In this document: positions 30,011 to 38,389 of the stretch, piece by piece
Numbering within the stretch: position 1 is the first letter of the stretch
Layout of the letters: the number at the start of each line of letters is the position of its first letter
Assembly (NCBI GenBank): GCA_044225625.1
Contig: JBGAII010000003.1
Coordinates: 11,234 to 75,233, forward strand
Reading direction: 5' to 3'
DNA from: Rubrivivax sp.
GTDB taxonomy: Bacteria; Pseudomonadota; Gammaproteobacteria; Burkholderiales; Burkholderiaceae_C
DNA length: 64,000 nt
Notes under the pieces: model-generated
The model's input: only the letters and a program-made list of their open reading frames with translations
What the model was told of the DNA's origin: nothing
Databases searched by the model: none
Position numbers and translations under genes: made by a program

Positions 30011-31304
30011 CGTCGGCCCCGGCCGGTTCGGCAAGGTGGCGGGCGGCATCGAAACGGGTCCCCGCCGGCAGGGCGCTCCCCACGCCGTCCTCGTGGAAGC
30101 CATAGCGCCAATAGGCGCCGCAGTAGTGCGTTCGATGGTGGGTCGCGGCGGCGCCGCTGATCTCGCCGTGCCGCTGCTGCGCGGCGGCGCCCGCCGGCGT
30201 GAACAGCGGGTGCGTATAGTCCATGCGGCGCAGCACGCGCCGCGGGTCCACGTGTGCGCCGGCGTTCAGCGTGACGCAGAAGCGGTGAGGCGACTGCAGG
30301 CCCTGCAGCACGTTCATGTCGTAGGTCAGCGCTACGCCCGAAGCCGCGCCGGGAAGCCGGTGGTAGTTCCACGCCGCGCGGGCGCGCGGGCGGCGCGGCA
30401 GCAACGCGGTGTCGGTGTGCAGCAGCGCCTCGTTGTGCTGGTACGGCAAGGCACCGAGCACCTCGCGCTCGGCGCGCGATGGGTCGGCCAGCAGGCGCAG
30501 CGCCTGGTCGGCATGGCAGGCCAGGAACACGTGATCGAAGCGCTCGGGTGCGGCGCCGCGCACCTGCAGCGTCACGCCGTCGGGCCGGCGGCGGATCGAC
30601 TGCACCGGGCTGTTCAGGCGGATGCGCTCGCGGAACGGCGCCACCAGCCGCTCGACGTAGCGCGCCGAGCCGCCGCGCACCACGCGCCACACCGGCCGGT
30701 CGTTCACCGTCAGCATGCCGTGGTTGTGCAGGAAACGCACGAAGAAGCGCGCCGGGAAGTCGAACATCCGCGCCGGATCGGTGGACCAGATCGCCGCGCC
30801 CATCGGCACCAGGTAGTCGTCGACGAAGCGGCCACGGAAGCGGTGCGCGGCGAGCCACGCGCCGAGCGTGCGCTCCGCGCCCTCTTCCTGCAGCAGCGCC
30901 GGTGCCTCACGATGGAAGCGCATGATCTCCGCCAGCATGCCGAGGAACCCCGGGTTCAGCAGGTTGAGCCGCTGCGCGAACAGGCCGTTCAGCGACGTGC
31001 CGTTGTATTCCAGCCCGCGGGCGTCGTTGCGCACCGAGAAGCTCATCGAGCTGGGCTGCGATTCGACGCCCAGTTCGTCGAGCAGCGCGATGAAGTTGGG
31101 GTAGGTGCGGTCGTTGAAGACGATGAAGCCGGTGTCCACCTGCTGGCTCTCGCCGTCGAGTTCGATGGTGTGCGTGTGCGTGTGGCCGCCGATGCGGTCG
31201 TCGGCTTCGAACACCGTCAGGTCGTGGCCGGCGCGGTGCAGCCGGTACGCGGCCACGTTGCCGGCGATGCCGGTGCCGACCACGGCAATCTTCAGCGCGC
31301 TCAT
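29979..31304 (-). CDS. NAD(P)/FAD-dependent oxidoreductase (amine-oxidase-like).
   Basis: Starts MSALKIAVVGTGIAGNVAAYRLHRAGHDLTVFEADDRIGGHTHT, the dinucleotide-binding motif. A GGAGGA RBS lies upstream. ATGA overlap with the desaturase stop; overlaps DUF1365 by about 31 nt. Confidence 0.8.
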   Translation of the reverse strand: MSALKIAVVGTGIAGNVAAYRLHRAGHDLTVFEADDRIGGHTHTHTIELDGESQQVDTGFIVFNDRTYPNFIALLDELGVESQPSSMSFSVRNDARGLEYNGTSLNGLFAQRLNLLNPGFLGMLAEIMRFHREAPALLQEEGAERTLGAWLAAHRFRGRFVDDYLVPMGAAIWSTDPARMFDFPARFFVRFLHNHGMLTVNDRPVWRVVRGGSARYVERLVAPFRERIRLNSPVQSIRRRPDGVTLQVRGAAPERFDHVFLACHADQALRLLADPSRAEREVLGALPYQHNEALLHTDTALLPRRPRARAAWNYHRLPGAASGVALTYDMNVLQGLQSPHRFCVTLNAGAHVDPRRVLRRMDYTHPLFTPAGAAAQQRHGEISGAAATHHRTHYCGAYWRYGFHEDGVGSALPAGTRFDAARHLAEPAGADDAQRALSRVA

Positions 31305-32311
31305 CGAAGGTCCTCCGTGCTGCCCCCGGCCGCCTCGCGCACCGCGGCCGGCACCGGCTTCAGGCCGTGGATCAGGCCCAGCGCAGCCAGCAGCCGCAGG
31401 CCGTACCAGGTGAGATCGATCTCCCACCAGAAGAAGCCCTGCCGCGCCGCGGCCGGGTAGTGGTGATGGTTGTTGTGCCAGCCTTCGCCGAAGGTCAGCA
31501 GTGCCAGCCACAGGTTGTTGCGCGACGCATCGCGCGTCGCATAGCGCCGGCTGCCGAAGCGGTGCGCGAAGGAATTGATGCTGAAGGTGGCGTGGTACAG
31601 CGCCACCGTCGACACGCAGAAGCCCCACACCACCATCTGCGCGCCGCTGGTGCCCCACGACGGCGCGAAGGCCTCGGCCAGCGCGCCGAAGGCCCACAGC
31701 GCCGCCACCAGCAGCAGCGGCACCAGCGCATCCCAGCGGTCGAGGAAGCGCAGTTCCGGGAAAGACGCCAGCGAACGCACCAGCGCGTCGCGCCGCGCGA
31801 AGTTCTCGCGCGCCATGAACCAGCCCATGTGGCTCCAGGCGAAACCATGGCGCAGCGCGGAATGGCTGTCTTCCGGCTGGTCGGCATGCACGTGGTGATG
31901 CCGGTGGTGCGATGCCCACCACAGCGGCCCGCGCTGCGCGGCCGCCGCGCCGAGCAGCGCAAAGAAGAACTGCACGCCACGCCCGGCACGAAAGGCCTGG
32001 TGCGAGAAGTAGCGGTGGTAGAAGCCGGTGATCGCGAACATGCGCAGCGCATACAGCGTCACCGCCACGGCCACGGCGACCGGGCTCGCGCCGACCCAGG
32101 GCAGCGCCAGGCAGCCGGCATGAATGGCAACGAACGGCACCTGCCGCAGCCAGTCGATGCGGCGCGGGTCGCCAGCGTCGACGCCGCCGGCACCGCCGTC
32201 GAACCAGGCCCGCAGCAGCGCGCGGGCACGTGCCGGCCGGCTGGCCGCCGGGCGTGCGGCGGCCGGCGGCCGCATCCGGCCGCCGTCCTCGCCGTGGGCG
32301 CCGGGCTTCAT
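31301..32311 (-). CDS. Acyl-CoA (fatty acid) desaturase.
   Basis: Histidine boxes HRYFSH, HHRHHH and HNNHHH. Start taken at MKPGAHGED (32311), preceded by a GGAGG RBS. ATGA overlap with DUF1295. Confidence 0.8.
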   Translation of the reverse strand: MKPGAHGEDGGRMRPPAAARPAASRPARARALLRAWFDGGAGGVDAGDPRRIDWLRQVPFVAIHAGCLALPWVGASPVAVAVAVTLYALRMFAITGFYHRYFSHQAFRAGRGVQFFFALLGAAAAQRGPLWWASHHRHHHVHADQPEDSHSALRHGFAWSHMGWFMARENFARRDALVRSLASFPELRFLDRWDALVPLLLVAALWAFGALAEAFAPSWGTSGAQMVVWGFCVSTVALYHATFSINSFAHRFGSRRYATRDASRNNLWLALLTFGEGWHNNHHHYPAAARQGFFWWEIDLTWYGLRLLAALGLIHGLKPVPAAVREAAGGSTEDLR

Positions 32312-33093
32312 CCGCGCTGCCTCCAGGGCACGAAGGCCGGCGTGCGGCGCACGTAGTCCGCATAGCCCGGGCGATGGCGGCCGAGGTCCTGCTCCAGCAG
32401 CGGCACGCCCGACACCTTCAGCAGCAGCAGCGTCATCAGCAGCGGCGACAGCAGCGTCCACCAGGCGCCGGCCGCGGCCGCGACGAGCCACAGCCCCCAC
32501 CACAGGCAGCATTCGCCGAAGTAGTTGGGGTGCCGCGACAGGCGCCACAGCCCCTGGTCCATGACCCGGCCGCGGTTGCGCGGGTCGGCCCGGAAGCGCG
32601 CCATCTGCGCATCGGCCACGGCCTCGAACAGCAGGCCGAAGGCGGCCACCGCCAGGCCCAGCCCGTCGAGCGCCTGCCAGGGCGCGGGGCTGGCCACCGC
32701 GGCCATCAGCGGCGCGGCGACGATCCAGCCGAGCAGCGCCTGCAGGCCGAAGACCAGATACAGGCTCTTCCATTGGAAGTGCGGTTCGTTGCGCCGGCGG
32801 ATCGCCTGGTAGCGCCGGTCCTCCGGCTGGCCGCGGTGGCGCCGGCTGATGTAGACGGACAGGCGCAGCGCCCAGGCGCCGGCCAGCCCAAGCACGGCCG
32901 CCGCGCGCGGACCGTCGGCCGGCAGCAGCGCGGCCACCACCAGGGCCGGCACCAGCACCAGGAAGCCCCAGGCGCTGTCGACGATGCTGACGTCGCGGCG
33001 GCGCAGGCTGCGGGCCCAGACGGCCAGCGCCAGCAGCGCGCCGGCACCGAGGCCCGCCACGGCGGCCTGCAGCCAGACGGCATCGGGCGTCAT
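32308..33093 (-). CDS. DUF1295 family membrane protein (steroid-5alpha-reductase/ICMT-like fold).
   Basis: Starts MTPDAVWLQAAVAGLGAGALLALAVWA. Conserved RHPNYFGECCLWWGLWL motif. ATGA overlap with the upstream gene. Confidence 0.75.
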   Translation of the reverse strand: MTPDAVWLQAAVAGLGAGALLALAVWARSLRRRDVSIVDSAWGFLVLVPALVVAALLPADGPRAAAVLGLAGAWALRLSVYISRRHRGQPEDRRYQAIRRRNEPHFQWKSLYLVFGLQALLGWIVAAPLMAAVASPAPWQALDGLGLAVAAFGLLFEAVADAQMARFRADPRNRGRVMDQGLWRLSRHPNYFGECCLWWGLWLVAAAAGAWWTLLSPLLMTLLLLKVSGVPLLEQDLGRHRPGYADYVRRTPAFVPWRQRG

Positions 33094-33686
33094 GCCCGCA
33101 CCCCGCAGGACCGCGCGTCGGCCGGCGCTGCGGTGGCCCGCTCCAGCCGTTGCGCGGCCGCCAGCAACAGCGGCACGATCAGTGCCCAGCCGACACCCAG
33201 CACGCCCATGGCCAGCAGCGGATCGGGAAAGTGGCAGGCACCGAAGCGTGCTGCGGCCGCATAGGACAGCGCGCCACCGACGCCACCGAACAGCGCCGCC
33301 AGCAGCGGCCGGCCGTGCAGCCAGCGCAGCGGCTCGCGCAGCATCGGCGCGAACAGCGCCCACAGCGCCAGGATCCACACCGGCGCCCAGCCCGGCAGCG
33401 GGCCCGGCGAGGCATAGACGACGATACCGCTGCGCGCCAGCAGGCTGTCCCAGACCAGGCCGACGGCCAGCGCCACGCCGATCAGCCCGAGGTCGGCCAT
33501 CCGCGCCTTGCTGAAGGCCAGCGCCAGCAGCACGACCACCGCCACCGCCGCGATGCCGGCGCCGGCCTGGCCGCGGGCCGCGCCGATGACGCAGCCGAAC
33601 CAGGCCCCCTGGAACAGCGCGAAGCCGATCGCCAGGCGCAGCAGGCGCGCAGCGCCGCTCGGCGCGTCGTCGTCGCGGAATGGCAT
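33090..33686 (-). CDS. Small polytopic membrane protein (DUF2878-like) commonly found in CFA-synthase-like operons.
   Basis: Starts MPFRDDDAPSGAARLLRLAIGFALFQGAWFGCVIGAARG and is hydrophobic throughout. TGATG overlap with the upstream MT gene. Confidence 0.55.
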   Translation of the reverse strand: MPFRDDDAPSGAARLLRLAIGFALFQGAWFGCVIGAARGQAGAGIAAVAVVVLLALAFSKARMADLGLIGVALAVGLVWDSLLARSGIVVYASPGPLPGWAPVWILALWALFAPMLREPLRWLHGRPLLAALFGGVGGALSYAAAARFGACHFPDPLLAMGVLGVGWALIVPLLLAAAQRLERATAAPADARSCGVRA

Positions 33687-34720
33687 CAGCGCGGCTCGAA
33701 CAGGTAATGCGCCACCCACCACTCGCGACCGTGGTCGTGGCCGAAGAGCTCGGCGCAGGACAGGAAGAACAGCCGCCAGCGCATCCACCACAGGCCGGCG
33801 CGCTCGGCGCCGTAGGTCTGGGCGACGATCGGCCACAGCGTCTCGCGCCGCGCGTCCATGTTCGCCAGCCAGGCCTCGGAGGTGCGCGCGTAGTGCGTGC
33901 CGTCCCAGCGCCAGCGCGACAGCAGGCGCAGGTCGTCCTGGAAGCGCAGCGCCAGGTCGTCGCTGGGCATCATGCCGCCGGAGAAGAAGTGCTCCGACAT
34001 CCAGTCGGTGTCGTCCTGGACGTCGAAGGCATAGGGCGTCGACCGGTGGACGAACACGTGCATGAAGAAGCGGCCACCCGGCTCGAGCCAGCGCGCGACG
34101 CGGCCGAACATCCGGGGCCAGTTGCGCAGGTGCTCGAACATCTCCACCGATACGACACGGTCGAACGTACCGTCCGGTTCGAAGTGCTCGGCATTGCACG
34201 TGACGACGTCGACGTTGCGCAGGCCGCGGCGGCGCGCCGCGTCCTCGATGTAGGCCCGCTGCGAATGCGAGTTCGACACGGCGGTGATGCGGCTCCGCGG
34301 AAAGCGGTGCGCCATCCACAGCGTCAGCGAGCCCCAGCCGCAGCCGAGCTCCAGGATGCGCTGGCCGTCGGCGAGTTCCGCGCGCTCGCACGTCGCCGCC
34401 AGCGCCCGCTCCTCCGCTTCGAGCAGGTCGGTGACGCCTTCGGGCCACCACGCCGAGCTGTACTTGCGATGTGGACCCAGCACTTCGGCGAAGAACTCGG
34501 CGGGCACCTCGTAATGCTGCTCGTTCGCCTTGTGCGGCAACAGCGCGATCGGTGCGTCGCGCATCGCGGCGACGAAGGCTTCCGTGCGCGCGGCGGCGGC
34601 GCCCGCGTCGCGAGCGTCGATGGCGGAAAGGCGCGCGCGGAGCAGGCGGCGGATGCCGGCGCGAACCAGCGCGTCGGGCACGATGCCGCGTTCGGTGGCC
34701 GTGATGGCGAGGTTGGACAC
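33686..34720 (-). CDS. Class I SAM-dependent methyltransferase of the CFA-synthase family (second, paralogous copy). First gene of the 7-gene operon.
   Basis: GTG start giving VSNLAITATERGIV, with a GGGGAGA RBS 7 nt upstream. Alternative ATG at 34837. Contains LELGCGWGSLTLWMAHRFPRSRITAVSNSHSQRAYI. Confidence 0.75.
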   Translation of the reverse strand: MSNLAITATERGIVPDALVRAGIRRLLRARLSAIDARDAGAAAARTEAFVAAMRDAPIALLPHKANEQHYEVPAEFFAEVLGPHRKYSSAWWPEGVTDLLEAEERALAATCERAELADGQRILELGCGWGSLTLWMAHRFPRSRITAVSNSHSQRAYIEDAARRRGLRNVDVVTCNAEHFEPDGTFDRVVSVEMFEHLRNWPRMFGRVARWLEPGGRFFMHVFVHRSTPYAFDVQDDTDWMSEHFFSGGMMPSDDLALRFQDDLRLLSRWRWDGTHYARTSEAWLANMDARRETLWPIVAQTYGAERAGLWWMRWRLFFLSCAELFGHDHGREWWVAHYLFEPR

Positions 34721-34770
34721 GTTCGTTCTCCCCGGACCGGTGGTTCGCAGTGGGCCTGCGTCACCGACTT

Positions 34771-34797
34771 CTACGGGCCGGCGCGAGGATTGGATCA
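34771..34797 (-). promoter_or_regulatory. ECF sigma-E/ChrR-type promoter (TGATCC-N17-GTA) driving the methyltransferase...CFA synthase operon.
   Basis: The minus strand reads TGATCCAATCCTCGCGCCGGCCCGTAGAAG. It has the same architecture as the divergent rpoE-side promoter. Confidence 0.5.
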
Positions 34798-34829
34798 GTG
34801 GCCGGCCCGGGACACGGTGCGAAGCGAGG

Positions 34830-34856
34830 TGATCCAATGCGGCTTACGCTCCGTAC
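34830..34856 (+). promoter_or_regulatory. ECF sigma-E/ChrR-type promoter (TGATCC-N17-GTA) upstream of the sigma/anti-sigma pair, consistent with autoregulation.
   Basis: The plus strand reads TGATCCAATGCGGCTTACGCTCCGTACAACC, about 110 nt upstream of the sigma-factor ATG. Confidence 0.5.
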
Positions 34857-34966
34857 AACCGTCCATGCACCTCGCCAGGCACCATGCCGACGGGCCGGCC
34901 GGCGGGCGGACGCGCAAGCTCGCGGCTCACGTCGTCGTGTACGCTCACCCTCGCGCCCTGCCACGC

Positions 34967-35554
34967 ATGCCTACGCCCGACGAGCTCAACGACTGGATGC
35001 GCGCCGTCGCCGCGGCGGGCGACCGCACGGCCTTTGCCGCGCTGTTCCGCCATTACGCACCTCGCGTGAAGGGCTTCCTCGTACGCTCCGGCACACCCGA
35101 CGGCGTGGCGGAGGAACTGGCGCAGGATGCGATGGCCGCGCTGTGGCGGCGCGCGGCGAGCTTCGACCCCACGCGCGCGCAGCTGTCCACCTGGCTCTTC
35201 GCGATCGCGCGCAACCTGGCCATCGACCAGCACCGGCGGCTCGGCGGATTCGCGTATGTGGAAGGACTGGACGAGAACGACGAAGGCGCCGGGATCGGCC
35301 TGGATGGCAACGCGCGGCCCGCGCCGGTGCGGCCCGACGATGCCGCGGCGAATGCCGAGCGCGACCGCCGCGTGCGCATGGCGCTGGCCGAGTTGCCGCC
35401 CGAACAGGCCGACGTGCTGCGCCGCTCGTTCTACGACGAGGACGCGCATGCGACGATTGCGGCGGAATTGGGCCTGCCGCTCGGCACCGTGAAGTCCCGC
35501 ATCCGGCTGGCCGTGAAGCACCTGCGGCAACTGCTCGACGATTACGCATCATGA
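34967..35554 (+). CDS. RNA polymerase ECF sigma factor (RpoE/sigma-24 of the ChrR-partnered group).
   Basis: Starts MPTPDELNDWMRAVAAAGDRTAFAALFRHYAPRVKGFL. Region 2 reads LAQDAMAALWRRAASFDP...STWLFAIARNLAIDQHRR. Region 4 has an HTH. ATGA overlap with chrR. Confidence 0.85.
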   Translation: MPTPDELNDWMRAVAAAGDRTAFAALFRHYAPRVKGFLVRSGTPDGVAEELAQDAMAALWRRAASFDPTRAQLSTWLFAIARNLAIDQHRRLGGFAYVEGLDENDEGAGIGLDGNARPAPVRPDDAAANAERDRRVRMALAELPPEQADVLRRSFYDEDAHATIAAELGLPLGTVKSRIRLAVKHLRQLLDDYAS

Positions 35555-36225
35555 TCCGACACCATCCCGCCGACGACCTGTTGCTGCCGCTTGCGGCGGG
35601 GCGCCTTGCCATGGGCCCCGCGCTCGTCGTGGGTGCGCACGTCGAAGGCTGCGCGGAATGCCGCGCGCGCGTGCGGACCTTGCAGGCGATCGGCGGCGCG
35701 TTGCTCGACGACGGGGAACCGCTGGCTTTGGCGCCGGACGCGTTCAGCCGGACGCTCGCGCGCATCGATGCGGGCGTCGCGAAGGACCGGAAGGTTGCTC
35801 GGCGACACGCCGCTGCGGAAGCGGAGCGCGCGCCTTTGCCGATGCCGCCCGGTACTGCGTGGCCGGAGGCGCTCGCGGGCTGCACGTCGCGTGGCTGGCG
35901 CTGGATGGGCCCCGGCATGCGCTACGCGCGACTGACCTCGCCGCGGGATCCGGACGCCAAGCTCTACCTGCTGCGCATCGGCGGCGGGCGCAGCCTGGCC
36001 CAGCACTCGCATCGTGGCATCGAGCTCACGCAGGTGATGACCGGCTCGTTCGACGACGGGCGCTCGACGTTCGCCGCCGGCGATTTCGACGCCACCGACG
36101 ACGACGTGAATCACCAGCCGATCGTCGCGCGCGGCGACGAGTGCATCTGCCTTGCGTATGTCGAAGGATCGTTGCGCTTCGATGGCCGGCTCGCGGCGGC
36201 CGTGGGGCGGATGATCGGGATGTGA
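35551..36225 (+). CDS. chrR: Anti-sigma factor ChrR (zinc-binding anti-sigma domain plus cupin).
   Basis: Starts MIRHHPADDLLLPLAAGRLAMGPALVVGAHVEGCAECRARV. This is the canonical ChrR N-terminus with H...C..C zinc ligands, followed by a cupin-type C-terminus. Confidence 0.85.
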   Translation: MIRHHPADDLLLPLAAGRLAMGPALVVGAHVEGCAECRARVRTLQAIGGALLDDGEPLALAPDAFSRTLARIDAGVAKDRKVARRHAAAEAERAPLPMPPGTAWPEALAGCTSRGWRWMGPGMRYARLTSPRDPDAKLYLLRIGGGRSLAQHSHRGIELTQVMTGSFDDGRSTFAAGDFDATDDDVNHQPIVARGDECICLAYVEGSLRFDGRLAAAVGRMIGM

Positions 36226-36235
36226 ATCGCGCGCG

Positions 36236-36637
36236 TCAGGCCGTCGCCGACCAGACACGAAACGCCAGCGCCGAGCACGTCGACGTAATGAACGTGCCCC
36301 ACGCGAGGTCGATCATCGTCAGCGACCACGGCCAGTCGCGCAGCGTGGCCTGGTTCGTGAAGTCGTAGGCAGCATAGGCGACGAAGCCGAACAGCGCGCC
36401 GCGCCACCACGCTTCCAGCGTCGTCGACGCGGGCGTGAGCACGAACACCCCGAGCCCCACGAAGTACACCGCGTAGAACATCGCCGCCGGCGCCAGGTCG
36501 AAGCCGTCGCGCATCAGGTGGCCGATGGCCGGACGGTAGACGCGCGATGCGGTGAGCGTCAGCCAGGTCGCGTCCATGGCCAGGAAAGTGGCGATGCCGA
36601 CGATGGCGGCGAGTGTGCAGCGTGCAGTGGGCGTCAT
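36236..36637 (-). CDS. DUF2177-like small membrane protein.
   Basis: Starts MTPTARCTLAAIVGIATFLAMDATWLTL. About 133 aa with 3-4 TM segments. Lies 1 nt downstream of the preceding gene. Confidence 0.55.
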   Translation of the reverse strand: MTPTARCTLAAIVGIATFLAMDATWLTLTASRVYRPAIGHLMRDGFDLAPAAMFYAVYFVGLGVFVLTPASTTLEAWWRGALFGFVAYAAYDFTNQATLRDWPWSLTMIDLAWGTFITSTCSALAFRVWSATA

Positions 36638-36638
36638 G

Positions 36639-37316
36639 TCATTCGATCCGGTAGGCGAGATGGCGGCCGTGGTCGACCGTGGTGTCGAGTCCGATCCAGC
36701 GGTCGCCCGCGTACCAGACGTCGATCGGATGGGCGAGGCCGGTGATGCGCAGCCCGCGCGCCGGCGTCGGCTTGCCCGCGACGTCGATCGTCGTCTCGGC
36801 GAGTGCGGAAATCGTGACGTCGGTCGCACGGCCCGTGCTTGCGTCGAAGAGGCGTGCGGTGCCCGGCGCCAGCGGTTTCCAGTAGGCGAAGCTCATCGCG
36901 CAGCCGGTGTGATCGACCTCTGTCCGTGCAGGCGCCGCGGCCTCACGCAGCGTGACGTCCAGGCGGCCGCCGACGGCGCGTGCCACGACGTCATTGACCT
37001 TGCCGTTGTCGTCGGTGTGTGCGTCCACGGACTTGAGGCATCCGCGTTCCCAGTCTTCGCGCGCGCGGTAGCGATAGGCGTACACCGCGATGCCCAGCAG
37101 CCGCACGTCGAAGGAGGCGCTGGTCGTCAGCGCAAAGCCGTCGCCGTCGACGGGCGTGCGCGTATAGCGGTGCGTGCCGATCGGCGCGCCGTCGAGGTAA
37201 GCCGTGAAGTTCCAGTGGACCGCGGCATCGCTGGCCGCGATCGCATGGACCGCCGCGAATGCGCCGGCCCAGAAGACCAATACCCACCGCGCCGTCGCCG
37301 CCGCACGCGTACCCAT
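36639..37316 (-). CDS. Secreted hypothetical protein.
   Basis: Signal peptide MGTRAAATARWVLVFWAGAFAAVHA. A sigma-E-type promoter ends only a few nt upstream, so the mRNA may be leaderless. Confidence 0.5.
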   Translation of the reverse strand: MGTRAAATARWVLVFWAGAFAAVHAIAASDAAVHWNFTAYLDGAPIGTHRYTRTPVDGDGFALTTSASFDVRLLGIAVYAYRYRAREDWERGCLKSVDAHTDDNGKVNDVVARAVGGRLDVTLREAAAPARTEVDHTGCAMSFAYWKPLAPGTARLFDASTGRATDVTISALAETTIDVAGKPTPARGLRITGLAHPIDVWYAGDRWIGLDTTVDHGRHLAYRIE

Positions 37317-37324
37317 GTCCGGTA

Positions 37325-37366
37325 TACGCGGCGGCGGGCGTTTGGATCACTCGTCGCGAGTGATCC
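37325..37366. promoter_or_regulatory. Third sigma-E-type promoter (minus strand: TGATCC-N16-GTA) embedded in an inverted repeat, GGATCACTCGTCGCGAGTGATCC.
   Basis: The minus strand reads TGATCCAAACGCCCGCCGCCGCGTATACC immediately before the start of the 36639..37316 gene. A mirror-image TGATCC box on the plus strand (37361) has a weaker GTT in the -10 position. Confidence 0.4.
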
Positions 37367-37384
37367 GGCACGGCGTGGCGCTCG

Positions 37385-38389
37385 TTACGCGAGCTTGCCC
37401 GTGTACTTCTCGAGCAGCGCCCAAGCCTCGGCGCCGTACTTGCCCTTCCACTCCTCGTAGAAGCCGGCGGCGCGCAGCTTGTTGCGGAACGAATCGCTCT
37501 TGGGCGAGTTGAACACCATGCCCTTGGCGGCCAGATCCTTCGCGACCGTCGCGTTCAGTTCGGCGACGTCCGCGCGTTCCTTCATGCCCGCGGCGTTGAT
37601 GTGCTTGGCGCAGATCGCGCGCAGGTCGGCCGGCATCGCTTCCCAGGCCTTGCCGTTGGCCAGAAACCAGAAGCCGTCCCACATGTGGTTGGTCATCGAG
37701 CAGTACTTCTGCACTTCGTACAGCTTGGCGGTCTGGATGATCGCGAGCGGATTCTCCTGGCCGTCGACGATCTTCGTTTGCAACGCCGAATAGACCTCCG
37801 CGAAATTGATCGACGCGGGCGAGGCTTCCAGCGCCTTGAACATCGACGTCCACAGCGGCGATACCGGCACGCGGATCTTGAAGCCCTTCAGGTCGTCCGC
37901 CGTGTTGATGGGCTTGGTCGACGACGTGATCTGGCGGAATCCGTTGTCCCAGATCTTGTCCATCGGCACGATGCCGGCCTTGGTGATCTGCGCACGCACG
38001 AACGCACCGAGCTCGCCGTCCAGCGCCTTCCACACGGCGTCATAGTCGGGGAACGCGAAGCCGATGCCGGTGATCGACGTCGACGGCACCAGCGTCGACA
38101 GGATGAGGCCCGACAGCGTGAAGAACTCCAGCGCGCCCGAGCGCATCTGGCTCAGCATGTCGGTGTCCGAGCCCAGCTGGTTGTTCGGGAAGATCTGGAT
38201 GTCGACGCGGCCCTTCGTCTCCGCGCGGATGGCGTCGGCCATCTCCTTGGCGCGCAGGTTCATCGGGTGCGTGACGGGCAGGTTGTTCGCGTACTTGTAG
38301 GCGAACTCGGCCTGCTGCGCGAAGGCGGGGCCGAACGGTACGACGGCGGCCGCCGCCGCCGTCATCTTGACGAAATCGCGTCGCTTCAC
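37385..38389 (-). CDS. TRAP transporter substrate-binding protein (DctP family), orphan with no dctQM nearby.
   Basis: GTG start giving VKRRDFVKMTAAAAAVVPFGPAFA (Tat signal), preceded by a GGAGGAAG RBS. DctP-family body. GTGA overlap with the SDR stop. Confidence 0.85.
   Translation of the reverse strand: MKRRDFVKMTAAAAAVVPFGPAFAQQAEFAYKYANNLPVTHPMNLRAKEMADAIRAETKGRVDIQIFPNNQLGSDTDMLSQMRSGALEFFTLSGLILSTLVPSTSITGIGFAFPDYDAVWKALDGELGAFVRAQITKAGIVPMDKIWDNGFRQITSSTKPINTADDLKGFKIRVPVSPLWTSMFKALEASPASINFAEVYSALQTKIVDGQENPLAIIQTAKLYEVQKYCSMTNHMWDGFWFLANGKAWEAMPADLRAICAKHINAAGMKERADVAELNATVAKDLAAKGMVFNSPKSDSFRNKLRAAGFYEEWKGKYGAEAWALLEKYTGKLA

Noticed and set aside
33090-34451. A 453 aa ORF taken as one gene.
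   Set aside because: Its N-terminal two-thirds is the Arg-rich out-of-frame overlap with the methyltransferase gene (33686..34720). Only the C-terminal 198 aa form the real small membrane protein.
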